Counted from the first letter of the stretch, positions 21,727 through 31,688 are shown. The stretch: DNA of 40,788 bases from Actinoallomurus sp. (GCA_035643735.1 DASQPY010000105.1:1-40788), one strand, 5' to 3'. The notes: a model not told the origin generated them from the sequence alone. Translations and numbers: made by a program.

Positions 21727-23928
21727 CTAACGCGGGACCGGGGCCGGGTGTTCCGCGGGGCTCGCAGGGACCTCCTCCTCGCCGTGGGAGACCTTCGGCA
21801 GCCATCCGAGCCGGCGGGGCAGGTACCAGTTGGCCTCGCCGAGCAGGGCCATCACCGACGGCAGCAGCACTGCGCGTACGACCGTCGCGTCGAGTAGCAC
21901 GGCCACCGCGAGCCCCACTCCCATCTGCTTCATGTCCTGCATCGACAGCGTCCCGAACACCGCGAAGATGGCGACCATGATCACGGCGGCGCTGGTGACG
22001 ACGCCGGCGCTGGACCGGACCCCGTGCGCCACGGCGTCGCGGGTGCGCAGGCCGCGGTCGCGGGCCTCGCGAATCCGGGACACGACGAACACGTGGTAGT
22101 CCATCGACAGCCCGAACAGCACCACGAAGACGAACAGCGGCATCCAGGACTCGATCGCGCCGGCCGGCTCGGCACCGAACAGGCCCGCGCCCCAGCCGTG
22201 CTGGAAGACCGCGACCATGACGCCGTACGCCGCCGCCACCGACAGCAGGTTGAGCACGATCGCGGTCACCGCGATGGCCACGGACCGGAACGAGACCAGC
22301 ATCAGCAGGAACGTCACGACCATCACGAAGGCGAACACCGGCACGATGTCCGCGCGCAACTGCGCGGTGAAGTCGAGCGACCCGGCGAGCTCGCCGGTGA
22401 CGTACGCCGTCGCGACGCCGCCGACCGTCGCGGGCACGAGCCGGTCCCGCAGGGTCGTGAGGGCGTGCCGGGACGTCGCGTCGTCGCCGTCGCCGGCGAG
22501 CGGCACGTCGATCTGGGCGATGTTGCGGTCGGCGTGCATGGTCACGGTGACCGGACCGCTGAACTCCCCGTTCCGGCCGGCCTGGTCCTTCAGGTCCGCG
22601 ATGGCCTGCCGTACCCGTGGCGCGCCGATGTCGGTGGCCTTGACGACGACCTGCGCGGGCGCCGGGCCGCCGGGGAACGCCGCGGTGATGCGCTGGTAGG
22701 CGTCCACCATCGGGGTGCCCTTCGCCATCTGCTGGTCGATGCGGAGCGACGCGGTGCGCATGCCCACGGCGGGCGCGGCCAGGACGAGCAGGATGCCCGC
22801 AGCGAACACCGCGAAGATCGCCGGGCGGGCGAGCACGGGGCGCAGCAGCGCGGACGACACCCGTCCGCCGGTGCTCCGGCGGCCACGGCGGCGGTTCAGG
22901 AACGGGATGCGGCCGAACTCCACCTTGTCGCCGGCCAGGGACAGCAATGCCGGCAGCACGGTCACCGAGCCGAGCATCGCGATCAGCACGACCAGCATGG
23001 TGGCGAGCGCGAAGCCCTTGAACAGCAGCAGCCCGGAAAGGAACATGCCCGCCATGGCGAGCATGACCGTGAACCCCGAGACCAGGACCGAGCGTCCCGA
23101 TGTCGCGGCCGCGATCCGCAGCGCGGTCGCCTTGTCATGGCCCGCCGCGCGCTCGTCGCGTTCGCGGCGGATGTAGAACAGGCAGTAGTCGACGCCGACC
23201 GCCAGGCCCAGAAGCAGCATCACCGAGCTGGTCGTGTCGAAGACGTGCAGCTCGTGGCTTGCCACGGCGAGCAGCCCGTTGGCCGCGACGAACGCCGTGA
23301 GCGCGAGCCCGACCGGCAGCAGGGCGGCCAGCAGTGCCCCGAACGCCACCAGCAGGATGCCGAGGGCGAGCGGCACGGCGGTCCACTCCGCCCGGGCGAA
23401 GTCATTGCCCAGGATGTCGTTCAGCCACTTGCCCGAGCTGGCGTCGCCGAACTGGCCGATCGTCACCTCCGGACGGGCGGCCTTGACCCGGTCGACGGCG
23501 TCGAGCACGGGCTGGACCCGGTCCGGCGCGGTGTCGGGGTCACCGGTCAGGTCGAACCTCACCAGCCCGTCGCGGCGGTCCTTGGAGGCCAGGACGGGCT
23601 GAAGGTCATCGACGCGCCCTGTCGCCCGCACCCCGGCGGCGACGGCCTTGGCCGCGTCGCGCCAGCCGTCCGGGGCCTGGCTGTGCACGATCACCATCTC
23701 ACCGGCCGGGTGCTGGATCCCGGCGTCGGCGAGGATCTTCTCGGCGCGTGCGGAGTCTCCGGCGCCGTTCTCGTACGGCTTCATCGTGGCCTGGCCGGCC
23801 ATCCCGCCGATCACGCTGGCGGCGATCACGAACAGCAGCCAGCCGATGATCGCCGTCTTACGGTGGCGCACACTCCAGCCGCCCAGGCGGGCGGCGATCG
23901 AGGAGGGGGCGCCGGGGTGGTCTCTCAT
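21727..23928 (-). CDS. MMPL/RND-family membrane transporter
   Basis: GLAVGVDYCLF..RRER, GLSMDYHVFVVSRIRE and LLDATVVRAVLLPS; two TM repeats. Confidence 0.93.
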   Translation of the reverse strand: MRDHPGAPSSIAARLGGWSVRHRKTAIIGWLLFVIAASVIGGMAGQATMKPYENGAGDSARAEKILADAGIQHPAGEMVIVHSQAPDGWRDAAKAVAAGVRATGRVDDLQPVLASKDRRDGLVRFDLTGDPDTAPDRVQPVLDAVDRVKAARPEVTIGQFGDASSGKWLNDILGNDFARAEWTAVPLALGILLVAFGALLAALLPVGLALTAFVAANGLLAVASHELHVFDTTSSVMLLLGLAVGVDYCLFYIRRERDERAAGHDKATALRIAAATSGRSVLVSGFTVMLAMAGMFLSGLLLFKGFALATMLVVLIAMLGSVTVLPALLSLAGDKVEFGRIPFLNRRRGRRSTGGRVSSALLRPVLARPAIFAVFAAGILLVLAAPAVGMRTASLRIDQQMAKGTPMVDAYQRITAAFPGGPAPAQVVVKATDIGAPRVRQAIADLKDQAGRNGEFSGPVTVTMHADRNIAQIDVPLAGDGDDATSRHALTTLRDRLVPATVGGVATAYVTGELAGSLDFTAQLRADIVPVFAFVMVVTFLLMLVSFRSVAIAVTAIVLNLLSVAAAYGVMVAVFQHGWGAGLFGAEPAGAIESWMPLFVFVVLFGLSMDYHVFVVSRIREARDRGLRTRDAVAHGVRSSAGVVTSAAVIMVAIFAVFGTLSMQDMKQMGVGLAVAVLLDATVVRAVLLPSVMALLGEANWYLPRRLGWLPKVSHGEEEVPASPAEHPAPVPR

Positions 23929-24137
23929 GAGCGTCTCCCGAGGTCGTGGGTCTGCCAGAGACGCTAGGAACTCGCGGGGGCCCTCCCCAGCCGGTCAGCA
24001 CCCCGTCGGCAGGGACGCGGCACCCCTGGCAGGGGTGGTGCCAACGACACCATCGACCGGTCGCTGGACCCAGTGACCGGCGCCGGTCCGGTCACGACAC
24101 TCGAGAGTGCAAGATAAGACCGGGCTCGGGAGGAACG

Positions 24138-25415
24138 ATGAACATTCGCGCCACAGCACTGGCGGCCGTACGCGGGCTGGTGCTGGCCTTGTTGTCGATG
24201 GTCGCGTCGCTGACGTTGTTCATCTTCACGGTCGTGACGATCTCCCTGTCGTCGGTGCTCGTCGGGGTGTTCCTGCTTCCCCCGCTCATGGCCGGCGTCC
24301 GCTCCTACATCAACCTGCGCCGGCGCCTGGCACACCAGTGGTTCGGCGTGCGGGTCAGGGAGCCGTACCGGCCGGCGCCGGAGTTCCAGGGCGGCGTGAT
24401 CGGCATGCTCGAGCGCTACCGGTGGATCATGACCGACCGGGCGACCTGGCGTGACCTGCTGTGGCTGATCTGCGACGCGACGGCCGGGTTCACCTTGGGG
24501 ATCTTCGCCTTCGCGCTCCCTCTCTACGGTCCGTACGGCTGGGTCCTCGCCCTCGGCGTGTGGCGTCCGATCGTGCACTCGGGTGGGAGTGACTGGTACA
24601 CCTTCGTCCCGATCAGAGGCCAGGGCACCGCGACGCTCGCGGGTCTGCTCGGCTTCGTGTACGCGGGGCTGGGCCTCTGGCTCACGCGGAAGGTCATGGC
24701 CGCGCACACCCGGATGACGGGCGCCCAGCTGCGACCCACGAACGAGCGGGAGCGGGAGCTGGAGATGCGGGTGGCCCGGCTGACCGAGACGCGCTCGGAC
24801 GCGCTGGACTCCCAGGCCGCCGAGCTGCGCCGGATCGAGCGGGACCTGCACGACGGCGCGCAGGCCCGGCTGGTGGCCATGGGCATGAGCCTCGGCGCCA
24901 TCGAGCACCTGCTCGAACGCGACCCGCAGAAGGCGAAGATCCTGCTGTCCGAGGCGCGTGAGTCCTCCTCCAAGGCCCTCACCGAGCTGCGCGACCTGGT
25001 CCGCGGCATCCATCCGCCGGTTCTGGCCGAGCGCGGGCTGGGCGACGCCGTACGGGCCCTCGCGATGGCGAGCCCGCTGAAGACCGAGGTGTCGGCCGAG
25101 ATTCCCGGCCGCATCGAGGCACCGGTCGAGTCGGCCGCTTACTTCGCGGTCTCGGAGATCCTCACGAACGCGGCCAAGCACTCCGGCGCCCAGCGCGTCT
25201 GGGTGGATCTGCGGCACGAGGAGGGCATGCTCCGCATCGTGATCACCGACGACGGACGCGGCGGCGCCGACGCGTCCGACGGGACGGGAATCAGCGGAAT
25301 CGAGCGGCGAATCGGTACATTCGACGGAGTCCTCGCCCTGAGCAGTCCGGTCGGGGGTCCGACAATGGTGACCATGGAGCTGCCGTGCGAGCTGTCCTCG
25401 CCGCAGCCCAAGTGA
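24138..25415 (+). CDS. Membrane sensor histidine kinase (HisKA_3 type)
   Basis: ERDLHDGAQ H-box, EILTNAAKH N-box and DDGRGG; hydrophobic N-terminal sensor region. Confidence 0.92.
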   Translation: MNIRATALAAVRGLVLALLSMVASLTLFIFTVVTISLSSVLVGVFLLPPLMAGVRSYINLRRRLAHQWFGVRVREPYRPAPEFQGGVIGMLERYRWIMTDRATWRDLLWLICDATAGFTLGIFAFALPLYGPYGWVLALGVWRPIVHSGGSDWYTFVPIRGQGTATLAGLLGFVYAGLGLWLTRKVMAAHTRMTGAQLRPTNERERELEMRVARLTETRSDALDSQAAELRRIERDLHDGAQARLVAMGMSLGAIEHLLERDPQKAKILLSEARESSSKALTELRDLVRGIHPPVLAERGLGDAVRALAMASPLKTEVSAEIPGRIEAPVESAAYFAVSEILTNAAKHSGAQRVWVDLRHEEGMLRIVITDDGRGGADASDGTGISGIERRIGTFDGVLALSSPVGGPTMVTMELPCELSSPQPK

Positions 25416-25428
25416 CTCAGGAGCCGTG

Positions 25429-26076
25429 ATGCGCGTCGTCCTCGCCGAGGATCTGTTCCTGCTGAGAGACGGCCTCATCCGGCTTCTGGAGGCGTACGAC
25501 TTCGAGATCGCGGCCGCGGTCGACAACGGGCCGGAGCTGACCAGGGCGCTGGTCACGATCAAGCCGGACGTGGCCGTGGTCGACGTACGTCTGCCGCCGA
25601 CCTTCACCGACGAGGGACTACAGGCGGCCCTGCACGCCCGTCGTGAGGTGCCGGGGCTGCCGGTGCTGGTGCTGTCCCAGCACGTCGAGCAGTTGTACGC
25701 CCGCGAGTTGCTCGCCGACGGCAGCGGCGGGGTCGGTTACCTGCTGAAGGACCGGGTGTTCGACGCCGACCAGTTCATCGACGCCGTACGCCGGGTTGCC
25801 GCGGGCGGCACGGCGATGGATCCGCAGGTGATCTCCCAGCTACTGGCCCGCAAGTCGCGGGACGAGCCGCTCGGCGACCTGACGCCGCGCGAGCGTGAGG
25901 TCCTCGGACTGATGGCCGAGGGGCGCTCCAACGTCGCGATCGCGCAGCGCCTCGTCGTCACCGAGCGTGCCATCGCCAAGCACACGTCGAACATCTTTCT
26001 CAAGCTGGATCTGCCGCCGTCGGACGACGACAACCGCAGGGTTCTCGCCGTGCTCGCCTACCTCAACGCCGCCTAG
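25429..26076 (+). CDS. NarL/LuxR-family response regulator
   Basis: RVVLAED, VDVRLPP, GYLLKD and LTPREREVLGLMAEGRSN. Confidence 0.94.
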   Translation: MRVVLAEDLFLLRDGLIRLLEAYDFEIAAAVDNGPELTRALVTIKPDVAVVDVRLPPTFTDEGLQAALHARREVPGLPVLVLSQHVEQLYARELLADGSGGVGYLLKDRVFDADQFIDAVRRVAAGGTAMDPQVISQLLARKSRDEPLGDLTPREREVLGLMAEGRSNVAIAQRLVVTERAIAKHTSNIFLKLDLPPSDDDNRRVLAVLAYLNAA

Positions 26077-26893
26077 GCCCTGCCCAACGTTCGCGCCGCG
26101 CCAGGGGTTGTTCTGGTAGCTGTAGGGCCGGTCCAGGGCGGTGGCCTCGGTGCTGCCGGGCAGGTCGAGCAGGACGGCGAGCGGCTCGATCTCCTCGGCG
26201 TGGGTGAAGCGGAGCACCGCCCCAGGGCCACCGGACCTGGCTGCGGTCTCGGCCTTGGCGAAAAGGTCGTCGAGCAGCACGCGGGCCATGTCGTAGGTGA
26301 TCGTGCGGGCCTTGAAGGCCGGGCCCTTCTGGTAGAACTCCTCGGCGTCGTCGAGGTAGGCGAACCAGCGGGCGTCCTCGGCGGGCAGGAAGGGGTCGAG
26401 GTCGACGTTCGGGGCCTCGGCCTTCAGGTCGGATCTTCGCGACGATGGTGTCGAAGAGCGCGGGCATGCGGCGCTCCATGCGCAGTGCGATGTCCCGCTG
26501 CTCCTGCTTGCCCCGGCCGGCGAGGTTGCCGTAGCCGATCGAGGCGCCGCCGGCGAGCAGTGCTCCCACCTGCGGTGCGAGGCGCGTGCCGAGACTGGTC
26601 AGCGCGTGCCGCGTCTGCGCGTTCCGCAGCACCGCGAGTACCGCGTCGCCGTCGTCGCTGTCGGTCATGGCGCGTGAGCCGTGCCGGACGACGTTCTCGG
26701 CGAAGACGGGGACGAAGCCCTCGGGCGGGTCCTGGTAGTCACTCAGACGCTCTTGCGGCGTGTAGGGGGTCTTGGTCGTGAAGAAGTGCGGGCCGGTCCG
26801 GGCCGGCCGTGCCGAGGCGGAACTTCCCGGGAGGACGGCGGCGGCCACCAGAGTCGCTGCGAGTGCGGCGCCGGAGGCGGCGATGCGTTTCAT
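26077..26893 (-). pseudogene. Secreted histidine acid phosphatase/phytase-like pseudogene
   Basis: Signal peptide, TKTPY and RHGSR in one frame; after about 26432 another frame continues FYQKGP...FTHAEEI...NNPWRG. The middle and C-terminus are missing. Confidence 0.8.
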
Positions 26894-27032
26894 GACGAAT
26901 CCTTCGGGAGCGAGGCCCATCCGCTGTTGACCGGCCGGGATGACCCCTCGCACGCTCCGCAACCCCGGTGGAACCGCCGGCGAGGCGTATTTGTCGCCCG
27001 GATGAGGCGGAGGTGAACTCGGGCAGAGTCAG

Positions 27033-27105
27033 GGGCCTGTCTCGAAGTCCTCGTCCGCAGCAAGCGCCGCGCAGTGGGACAGCGGGACTTCGAGACAGGC
27101 CCTAG
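27033..27105. mobile_element. MITE/REP-like element with 18-bp terminal inverted repeats
   Basis: GGGCCTGTCTCGAAGTCC (27033-27050) / GGACTTCGAGACAGGCCC (27085-27102) followed by TAG, overlapping the response regulator stop. Confidence 0.65.
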
Positions 27106-27749
27106 CTCTGGCCGAGGTAGGCGAGGACCGCCATGACGCGGCGGTGCGTGCTGTTCGTGTGCTGAAGGCCGAGTTTGAGGAAGATGTTGGAGATGTGTTT
27201 TTCCACCGCGCCGTCCGTGACGACGAGCTTGCGGGCCACCGCCGCGTTGGACATGCCCTCGGCCATAAGGCCGAGGACCTCGCGTTCGCGGGGGGTCAGG
27301 GCCTCCAGCCGGTCTCCCCTGCGCCGTCGGCCGAGGAGCTGGGCGATCACTTCTGGGTCGATCACCGTGCCGCCCTCGGCCACTCTGCGGACCGCGCCGA
27401 GGAACTCCGCCACGTCCGCGACGCGCTCCTTGAGCAGATAGCCGACCCCGTCGGCGCCGCCGCCGATCAGGTCGGTGGCGTAGCGCTCCTCGACGTACTG
27501 GGAGAAGACGAGGATCGGGGTGCCCGGCACCCGCTGTCGCGCCTCCAGCGCGGCACGCAGCCCCTCATCGGTGAAGGACGGGGGCATGCGTACGTCCACG
27601 ATGGCGAGGTCCGGACGGTGTTCTTCGACGTTCGCGACCAGGCCGGCACCGTCGCCGGACGTGGCCACCGTTTCGATGCCTTCGTCGGCGAGAAGCCGGA
27701 TCAGACCTTCGCGCAACATCACTGCGTCTTCCGCGATCACGACCCGCAC
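27102..27749 (-). CDS. NarL/LuxR-family response regulator
   Basis: RVVIAED, VDVRMPP, GYLLKE and LTPREREVLGLMAEG; GTG start 7 nt after TAGGCT. Confidence 0.93.
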   Translation of the reverse strand: MRVVIAEDAVMLREGLIRLLADEGIETVATSGDGAGLVANVEEHRPDLAIVDVRMPPSFTDEGLRAALEARQRVPGTPILVFSQYVEERYATDLIGGGADGVGYLLKERVADVAEFLGAVRRVAEGGTVIDPEVIAQLLGRRRRGDRLEALTPREREVLGLMAEGMSNAAVARKLVVTDGAVEKHISNIFLKLGLQHTNSTHRRVMAVLAYLGQS

Positions 27750-27801
27750 GGCCCACAGCCTAGAGGAATGCGCCGGAAGGCGGATACGTCCTGCCATCCA
27801 T

Positions 27802-27834
27802 GAGAAAAGCCCGGCGGTCCGCCGGGCCTCTCTC
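27802..27834 (-). terminator. Terminator between kinase and response regulator
   Basis: Minus strand GCCCGGCGG-A-CCGCCGGGC followed by TTTTCTC. Confidence 0.65.
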
Positions 27835-27859
27835 CTGGGTGGCCTCTCTTCGCGGTTCC

Positions 27860-29161
27860 TCACCAGACGGAGGGAAGATCCGCTCTGATCACGGTGGGCC
27901 CGCCGAGCGGGCTGTTGACGGTGAGGATCCCGTCGATCCCGGCCGCGCGGTCGGCCAGGCCGGCCAGACCGCCGCCCGGAGCGGCGCTCGCGCCCCCGAC
28001 GCCGTTGTCGGAGACCTCCACCACGATCCAGTTCTGGTCATGGGTGATGCGGACGGAGGCGTGTGTGGCGCGCGCGTACTTGTTGATGTTGGTGAGGGCC
28101 TCGGAGACGATGAAGTACGCGATGCTCTCCACCGCCGCGGGCGGCCGGGTGGGCAGGTCGACGTCGACGGCGACCGGCACCTCGCCGCGCGCGGCGACCG
28201 CGGAGATCGCCGCGTCCAGGCCCCGGTCGGTGAGGATCGCGGGGTAGATGCCGCGCGCGAGGTTGCGCAGCTCCACGATGGCCTCCTTGGCGCCGGCGTG
28301 GGCCTGCTGGATCAGCTCCTGGGCGGACACGGGGTCGGTCTCCAGCTTGGCCCGCGCCCGGCCGAGGTCCATCGCCACCGCGAGCAGTTGCTGCTGGGCG
28401 CCGTCGTGCAGGTCACGCTCGATGCGCCGGCGCTCGGCCTCGGCGGCGTCGACCCCACGTGCCCGGCTGGCCTGAAGCTGGGCCGTACGGACGCGCAGTC
28501 GCTGGGTCTCGTTCGGGCCGAGGAGATAGCGGGCGAGCGCGCCGTGGGCGTAGCCGACACCGCGGACGACGTACAGGGTCGCTCCGGCGAGCGCTATCCC
28601 GAGCGGGATCGCGGGCAGGGTCGCGATCGAGTTGTCGAACCAGATCTGGTGGTCGCCGACCGTGAGGTACATGAAGCCCGCGTTCTGCCAGTTGATCGTC
28701 AACGGCATCGCGATGAGCGCCGCGGAGGCGGACCAGAGCCCGACCGACATGACGAACTCGGCCGTACCCAGCGGGAAGACCAGGAACAGGTAGACCAGGT
28801 CCTTCCAGGTGGCCGGGTCGGCGGCCATCGCCCTCAGCTTCTTGAAGACGTTCGCGCCCTCGGGCATGGCGCGGTAGGGCCTGGGGATCTCGACGCCGAA
28901 GGCCGCCTTCACGAGCCCGCGTTCGAGGATCGCCGCGGCGCGCCAGAGGACCATGGCCAGGGCGAAGCCGAGCACTCCGACCCAGATGACCAGCGTGCCC
29001 GCGGAGACCGACAGGAGCACGACCAGGCCGATGAAGTAGGCCAGTCCCAGGGGAAAGTGCAACAGCAGGTAAGCCGCCGACCGCCAGGTCAGCGGATCCC
29101 GCGCCAACCGCAGCGGCCCGAACCTCCGCTGGGAGGGTGTCATCTCAAGCGTGCTGTTCAC
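27860..29161 (-). CDS. Membrane sensor histidine kinase (HisKA_3 type)
   Basis: ERDLHDGAQ, EALTNINKY, DNGVGG and GGGLAGL. Confidence 0.92.
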   Translation of the reverse strand: MNSTLEMTPSQRRFGPLRLARDPLTWRSAAYLLLHFPLGLAYFIGLVVLLSVSAGTLVIWVGVLGFALAMVLWRAAAILERGLVKAAFGVEIPRPYRAMPEGANVFKKLRAMAADPATWKDLVYLFLVFPLGTAEFVMSVGLWSASAALIAMPLTINWQNAGFMYLTVGDHQIWFDNSIATLPAIPLGIALAGATLYVVRGVGYAHGALARYLLGPNETQRLRVRTAQLQASRARGVDAAEAERRRIERDLHDGAQQQLLAVAMDLGRARAKLETDPVSAQELIQQAHAGAKEAIVELRNLARGIYPAILTDRGLDAAISAVAARGEVPVAVDVDLPTRPPAAVESIAYFIVSEALTNINKYARATHASVRITHDQNWIVVEVSDNGVGGASAAPGGGLAGLADRAAGIDGILTVNSPLGGPTVIRADLPSVW

Positions 29162-29293
29162 CGCTGTCCCTTTCGCGCCGCCATCAACCGTACGGCTACA
29201 GCCTCGCGAACGGCAGCCCTCGGCACCATGGAGCGTCCCAGCGTCGTCGAGGTAGGGCTAGCCCCCGTACAGGTCCACGGCGCCCGGAAAGCG

Positions 29294-29327
29294 AGGACGC
29301 CCCGAGGCGATTGCCTCGGGGCGTCCT
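29294..29327. terminator. Hairpin terminator after rho
   Basis: 15-bp inverted repeat AGGACGCCCCGAGGC / GCCTCGGGGCGTCCT. Confidence 0.75.
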
Positions 29328-29340
29328 TTCACGTGTCGCG

Positions 29341-31344
29341 TCAGTCGTTGTTCAACGTCGTCTTCTGCACCTGGAGCAGGAACTCGGCGTTGGACTTGGT
29401 CTCCTTCATCTTCTCGATGAGGAGCTCCAAGGCCTGCTGGGTGTCGAGCGCGTGCAGCACCCGGCGCAGCTGCCAGACGACCCGCAGCTCCTCCGGAGCC
29501 ATCAGGATCTCTTCCTTACGGGTGCTGGAGGCATCGACGTCGATGGCCGGGAACACGCGCTTGTCGGCGAGCTCGCGGCGCAGCCGCAGCTCCATGTTTC
29601 CGGTGCCCTTGAACTCCTCGAAGATGACCTCGTCCATCCGGGAGCCGGTCTCGATCAGCGCGGTGGCCAGGATCGTCAGCGAGCCGCCGTTCTCGATGTT
29701 GCGGGCGGCGCCGAAGAAGCGCTTCGGCGGGTACAGCGCCGTGGAGTCCACACCACCGGACAGGATCCGGCCGCTGGCCGGGGCCGCAAGGTTGTACGCA
29801 CGGCCGAGACGGGTGATCGAGTCGAGCAGCACGACGACGTCGTGACCGAGCTCGACGAGCCGCTTGGCCCGCTCGATGGCCAGCTCGGCGACCATGGTGT
29901 GGTCGTCGGCCGGGCGGTCGAAGGTCGAGTGGATGACCTCGCCCTTCACCGTCCGCTGCATGTCGGTGACCTCTTCAGGACGCTCGTCGACCAGAACGAC
30001 CATCAGGTGGCACTCGGGGTTGTTCTTGGTGATCGCGTTGGCGATCGCCTGCAGCACCATCGTCTTGCCGGCCTTGGGCGGCGAGACGATCAAACCACGC
30101 TGGCCCTTGCCGATCGGGGCGACGAAGTCGATGATCCGCGTGGTGAGCTGCGTCGGGTCCTGTTCGAGGCGCAGCCGCTCCTGCGGGTACAGCGGGGTCA
30201 GCTTGGAGAAGTCGACGCGGCCCTTGGCCTGCTCCGGCTCCATGCCGTTGACCGTGTCGAGGCGGACGAGCGCGTTGAACTTCTCGCGCCGTTCACCCTC
30301 GCGCGGCTGGCGCACGGCGCCGGTGATGACGTCGCCCTTGCGCAGGCCGTACTTGCGGACCTGGGCCAGCGAGACGTAGACGTCCTGCGGGCCCGGCAGG
30401 TAGCCGGTGGTACGGACGAACGCGTAGTTGTCGCGAATGTCGAGGATGCCGGAGACCGGGATCAGGACGTCGTCCTCGTTGATCACGGGCTCGGCCTCGC
30501 CGTAGCGCTCCCGGCCGCTTCCGCGACCGCGGTTGCGCTCGCGGAACCGTCCGCGCCTGCGCCCGCGACCGCCGCCGTCGTCGTCGTCATCGTTCTGACG
30601 GTCGTTCTGGCGCTGACCCTGGCCGCCGCGCTGACCCTGGCCGCCGCCGCGGTTGTCGTCGCGCTGGCCACGGCTGTCGTCACGCGGTCCGCGATTGTCA
30701 TCGCGCTGCCCGCGGTTGTCATCGCGCTGCCCGCGATTGTCGTCACGCTGACCGCGATTGTCATCGCGCTGGCCGCGATTGTCATCGCGCTGGCCACGGC
30801 TGTCGTCACGCTGACCGTCACGGTTACGCTGACGCTGACGCTGACGCTGCTGGCCCCCGCCGTCACGACCACCGGCCTCACGGCCGTTCTCGCGGCCGCC
30901 GCCGTCGCGGGTGCCGCTCTCGCGCGCACCGGCCTCGGAATCGGCCGCGTCGGTCTTGACGTCCTGCTGGCCCTGCTGGGCGGCGTCGTCGCGCTTGGGC
31001 GCGCGCTCGCGCCGTGGCTGCTGGGACTCGCCGCGCTCCGTCTCGGCGGCGACCGGCGCCGTCGTGGTCTCACCCTCGCTCTTGGGCGACGATGTCGCCT
31101 GGTCACCGCCGCCGGCGTTCTGCGCCTGCTTCTCCTGGATGGCAGCGATGAGCTGGCTCTTGCGCATGCCGCCCGTGCCGCTGATGCCGAGGCTGGTAGC
31201 AAGGGCCTTCAGCTCGGGCAGCACCATCGCCGACAGACCCGTACCCGTGCGGCGACGCCGCGGAGCAGGAGCCGATTCTTCGGCAGGAGTGGCGTCAGGC
31301 GCCGTTGTAGCTGCGTCCGTGAGGAGTTCGGTGGATTCGCTCAC
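29341..31344 (-). CDS. rho: Transcription termination factor Rho with long N-terminal insertion
   Basis: DVYVS, PIGKGQR, PPKAGKT, DERPEEVTD and FKGTGNME. Confidence 0.98.
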   Translation of the reverse strand: MSESTELLTDAATTAPDATPAEESAPAPRRRRTGTGLSAMVLPELKALATSLGISGTGGMRKSQLIAAIQEKQAQNAGGGDQATSSPKSEGETTTAPVAAETERGESQQPRRERAPKRDDAAQQGQQDVKTDAADSEAGARESGTRDGGGRENGREAGGRDGGGQQRQRQRQRNRDGQRDDSRGQRDDNRGQRDDNRGQRDDNRGQRDDNRGQRDDNRGPRDDSRGQRDDNRGGGQGQRGGQGQRQNDRQNDDDDDGGGRGRRRGRFRERNRGRGSGRERYGEAEPVINEDDVLIPVSGILDIRDNYAFVRTTGYLPGPQDVYVSLAQVRKYGLRKGDVITGAVRQPREGERREKFNALVRLDTVNGMEPEQAKGRVDFSKLTPLYPQERLRLEQDPTQLTTRIIDFVAPIGKGQRGLIVSPPKAGKTMVLQAIANAITKNNPECHLMVVLVDERPEEVTDMQRTVKGEVIHSTFDRPADDHTMVAELAIERAKRLVELGHDVVVLLDSITRLGRAYNLAAPASGRILSGGVDSTALYPPKRFFGAARNIENGGSLTILATALIETGSRMDEVIFEEFKGTGNMELRLRRELADKRVFPAIDVDASSTRKEEILMAPEELRVVWQLRRVLHALDTQQALELLIEKMKETKSNAEFLLQVQKTTLNND
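30649..30816 (-). repeat. 8 x 21-bp tandem repeat in rho encoding G(Q/P)RDD(N/S)R
   Basis: Eight heptapeptide units visible in both DNA and translation. Confidence 0.9.
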
Positions 31345-31655
31345 TAAGGGTCCTTCCCAGGGAGCGGGTGTGGCCGCCGTCGGCCAGGCAACCCGGTAGT
31401 GCGAGCCGGCGGGGGCGCCGGATCAGTCGAGCTCTGCTGATCTCCGGTTGATCGGCGAAGAGTTCTGGCAACAGCCAGATGGTGGAGGCAGGTCGCCGGA
31501 TCTGATCCCCGATCCCGTTACGCCCGAAGCTTTGCCTGAACAATGAACGACGAGCGGTTTCGGTGCCGGGGAACCACATCCGCATCACGCGGCCGGCATA
31601 AGCCGGAGTGGCCGACGAGCCCACGCCCCCGAGCGGGGCATCTGGTGCGGCACTT

Positions 31656-31688
31656 AGCCTAACATCACCTGGGCACACTGCTATTCCC
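31656..31688 (-). promoter_or_regulatory. rho promoter: extended -10 overlapped by a SigR-like motif
   Basis: TGT-TAGGCT extended -10 and GGGAAT-N19-GTT, about 310 nt upstream of the rho start. Confidence 0.5.

Noticed and set aside
30649-30816. CRISPR array
   Set aside because: Repeats are contiguous, in frame within rho and have no spacers; no cas genes in the window.
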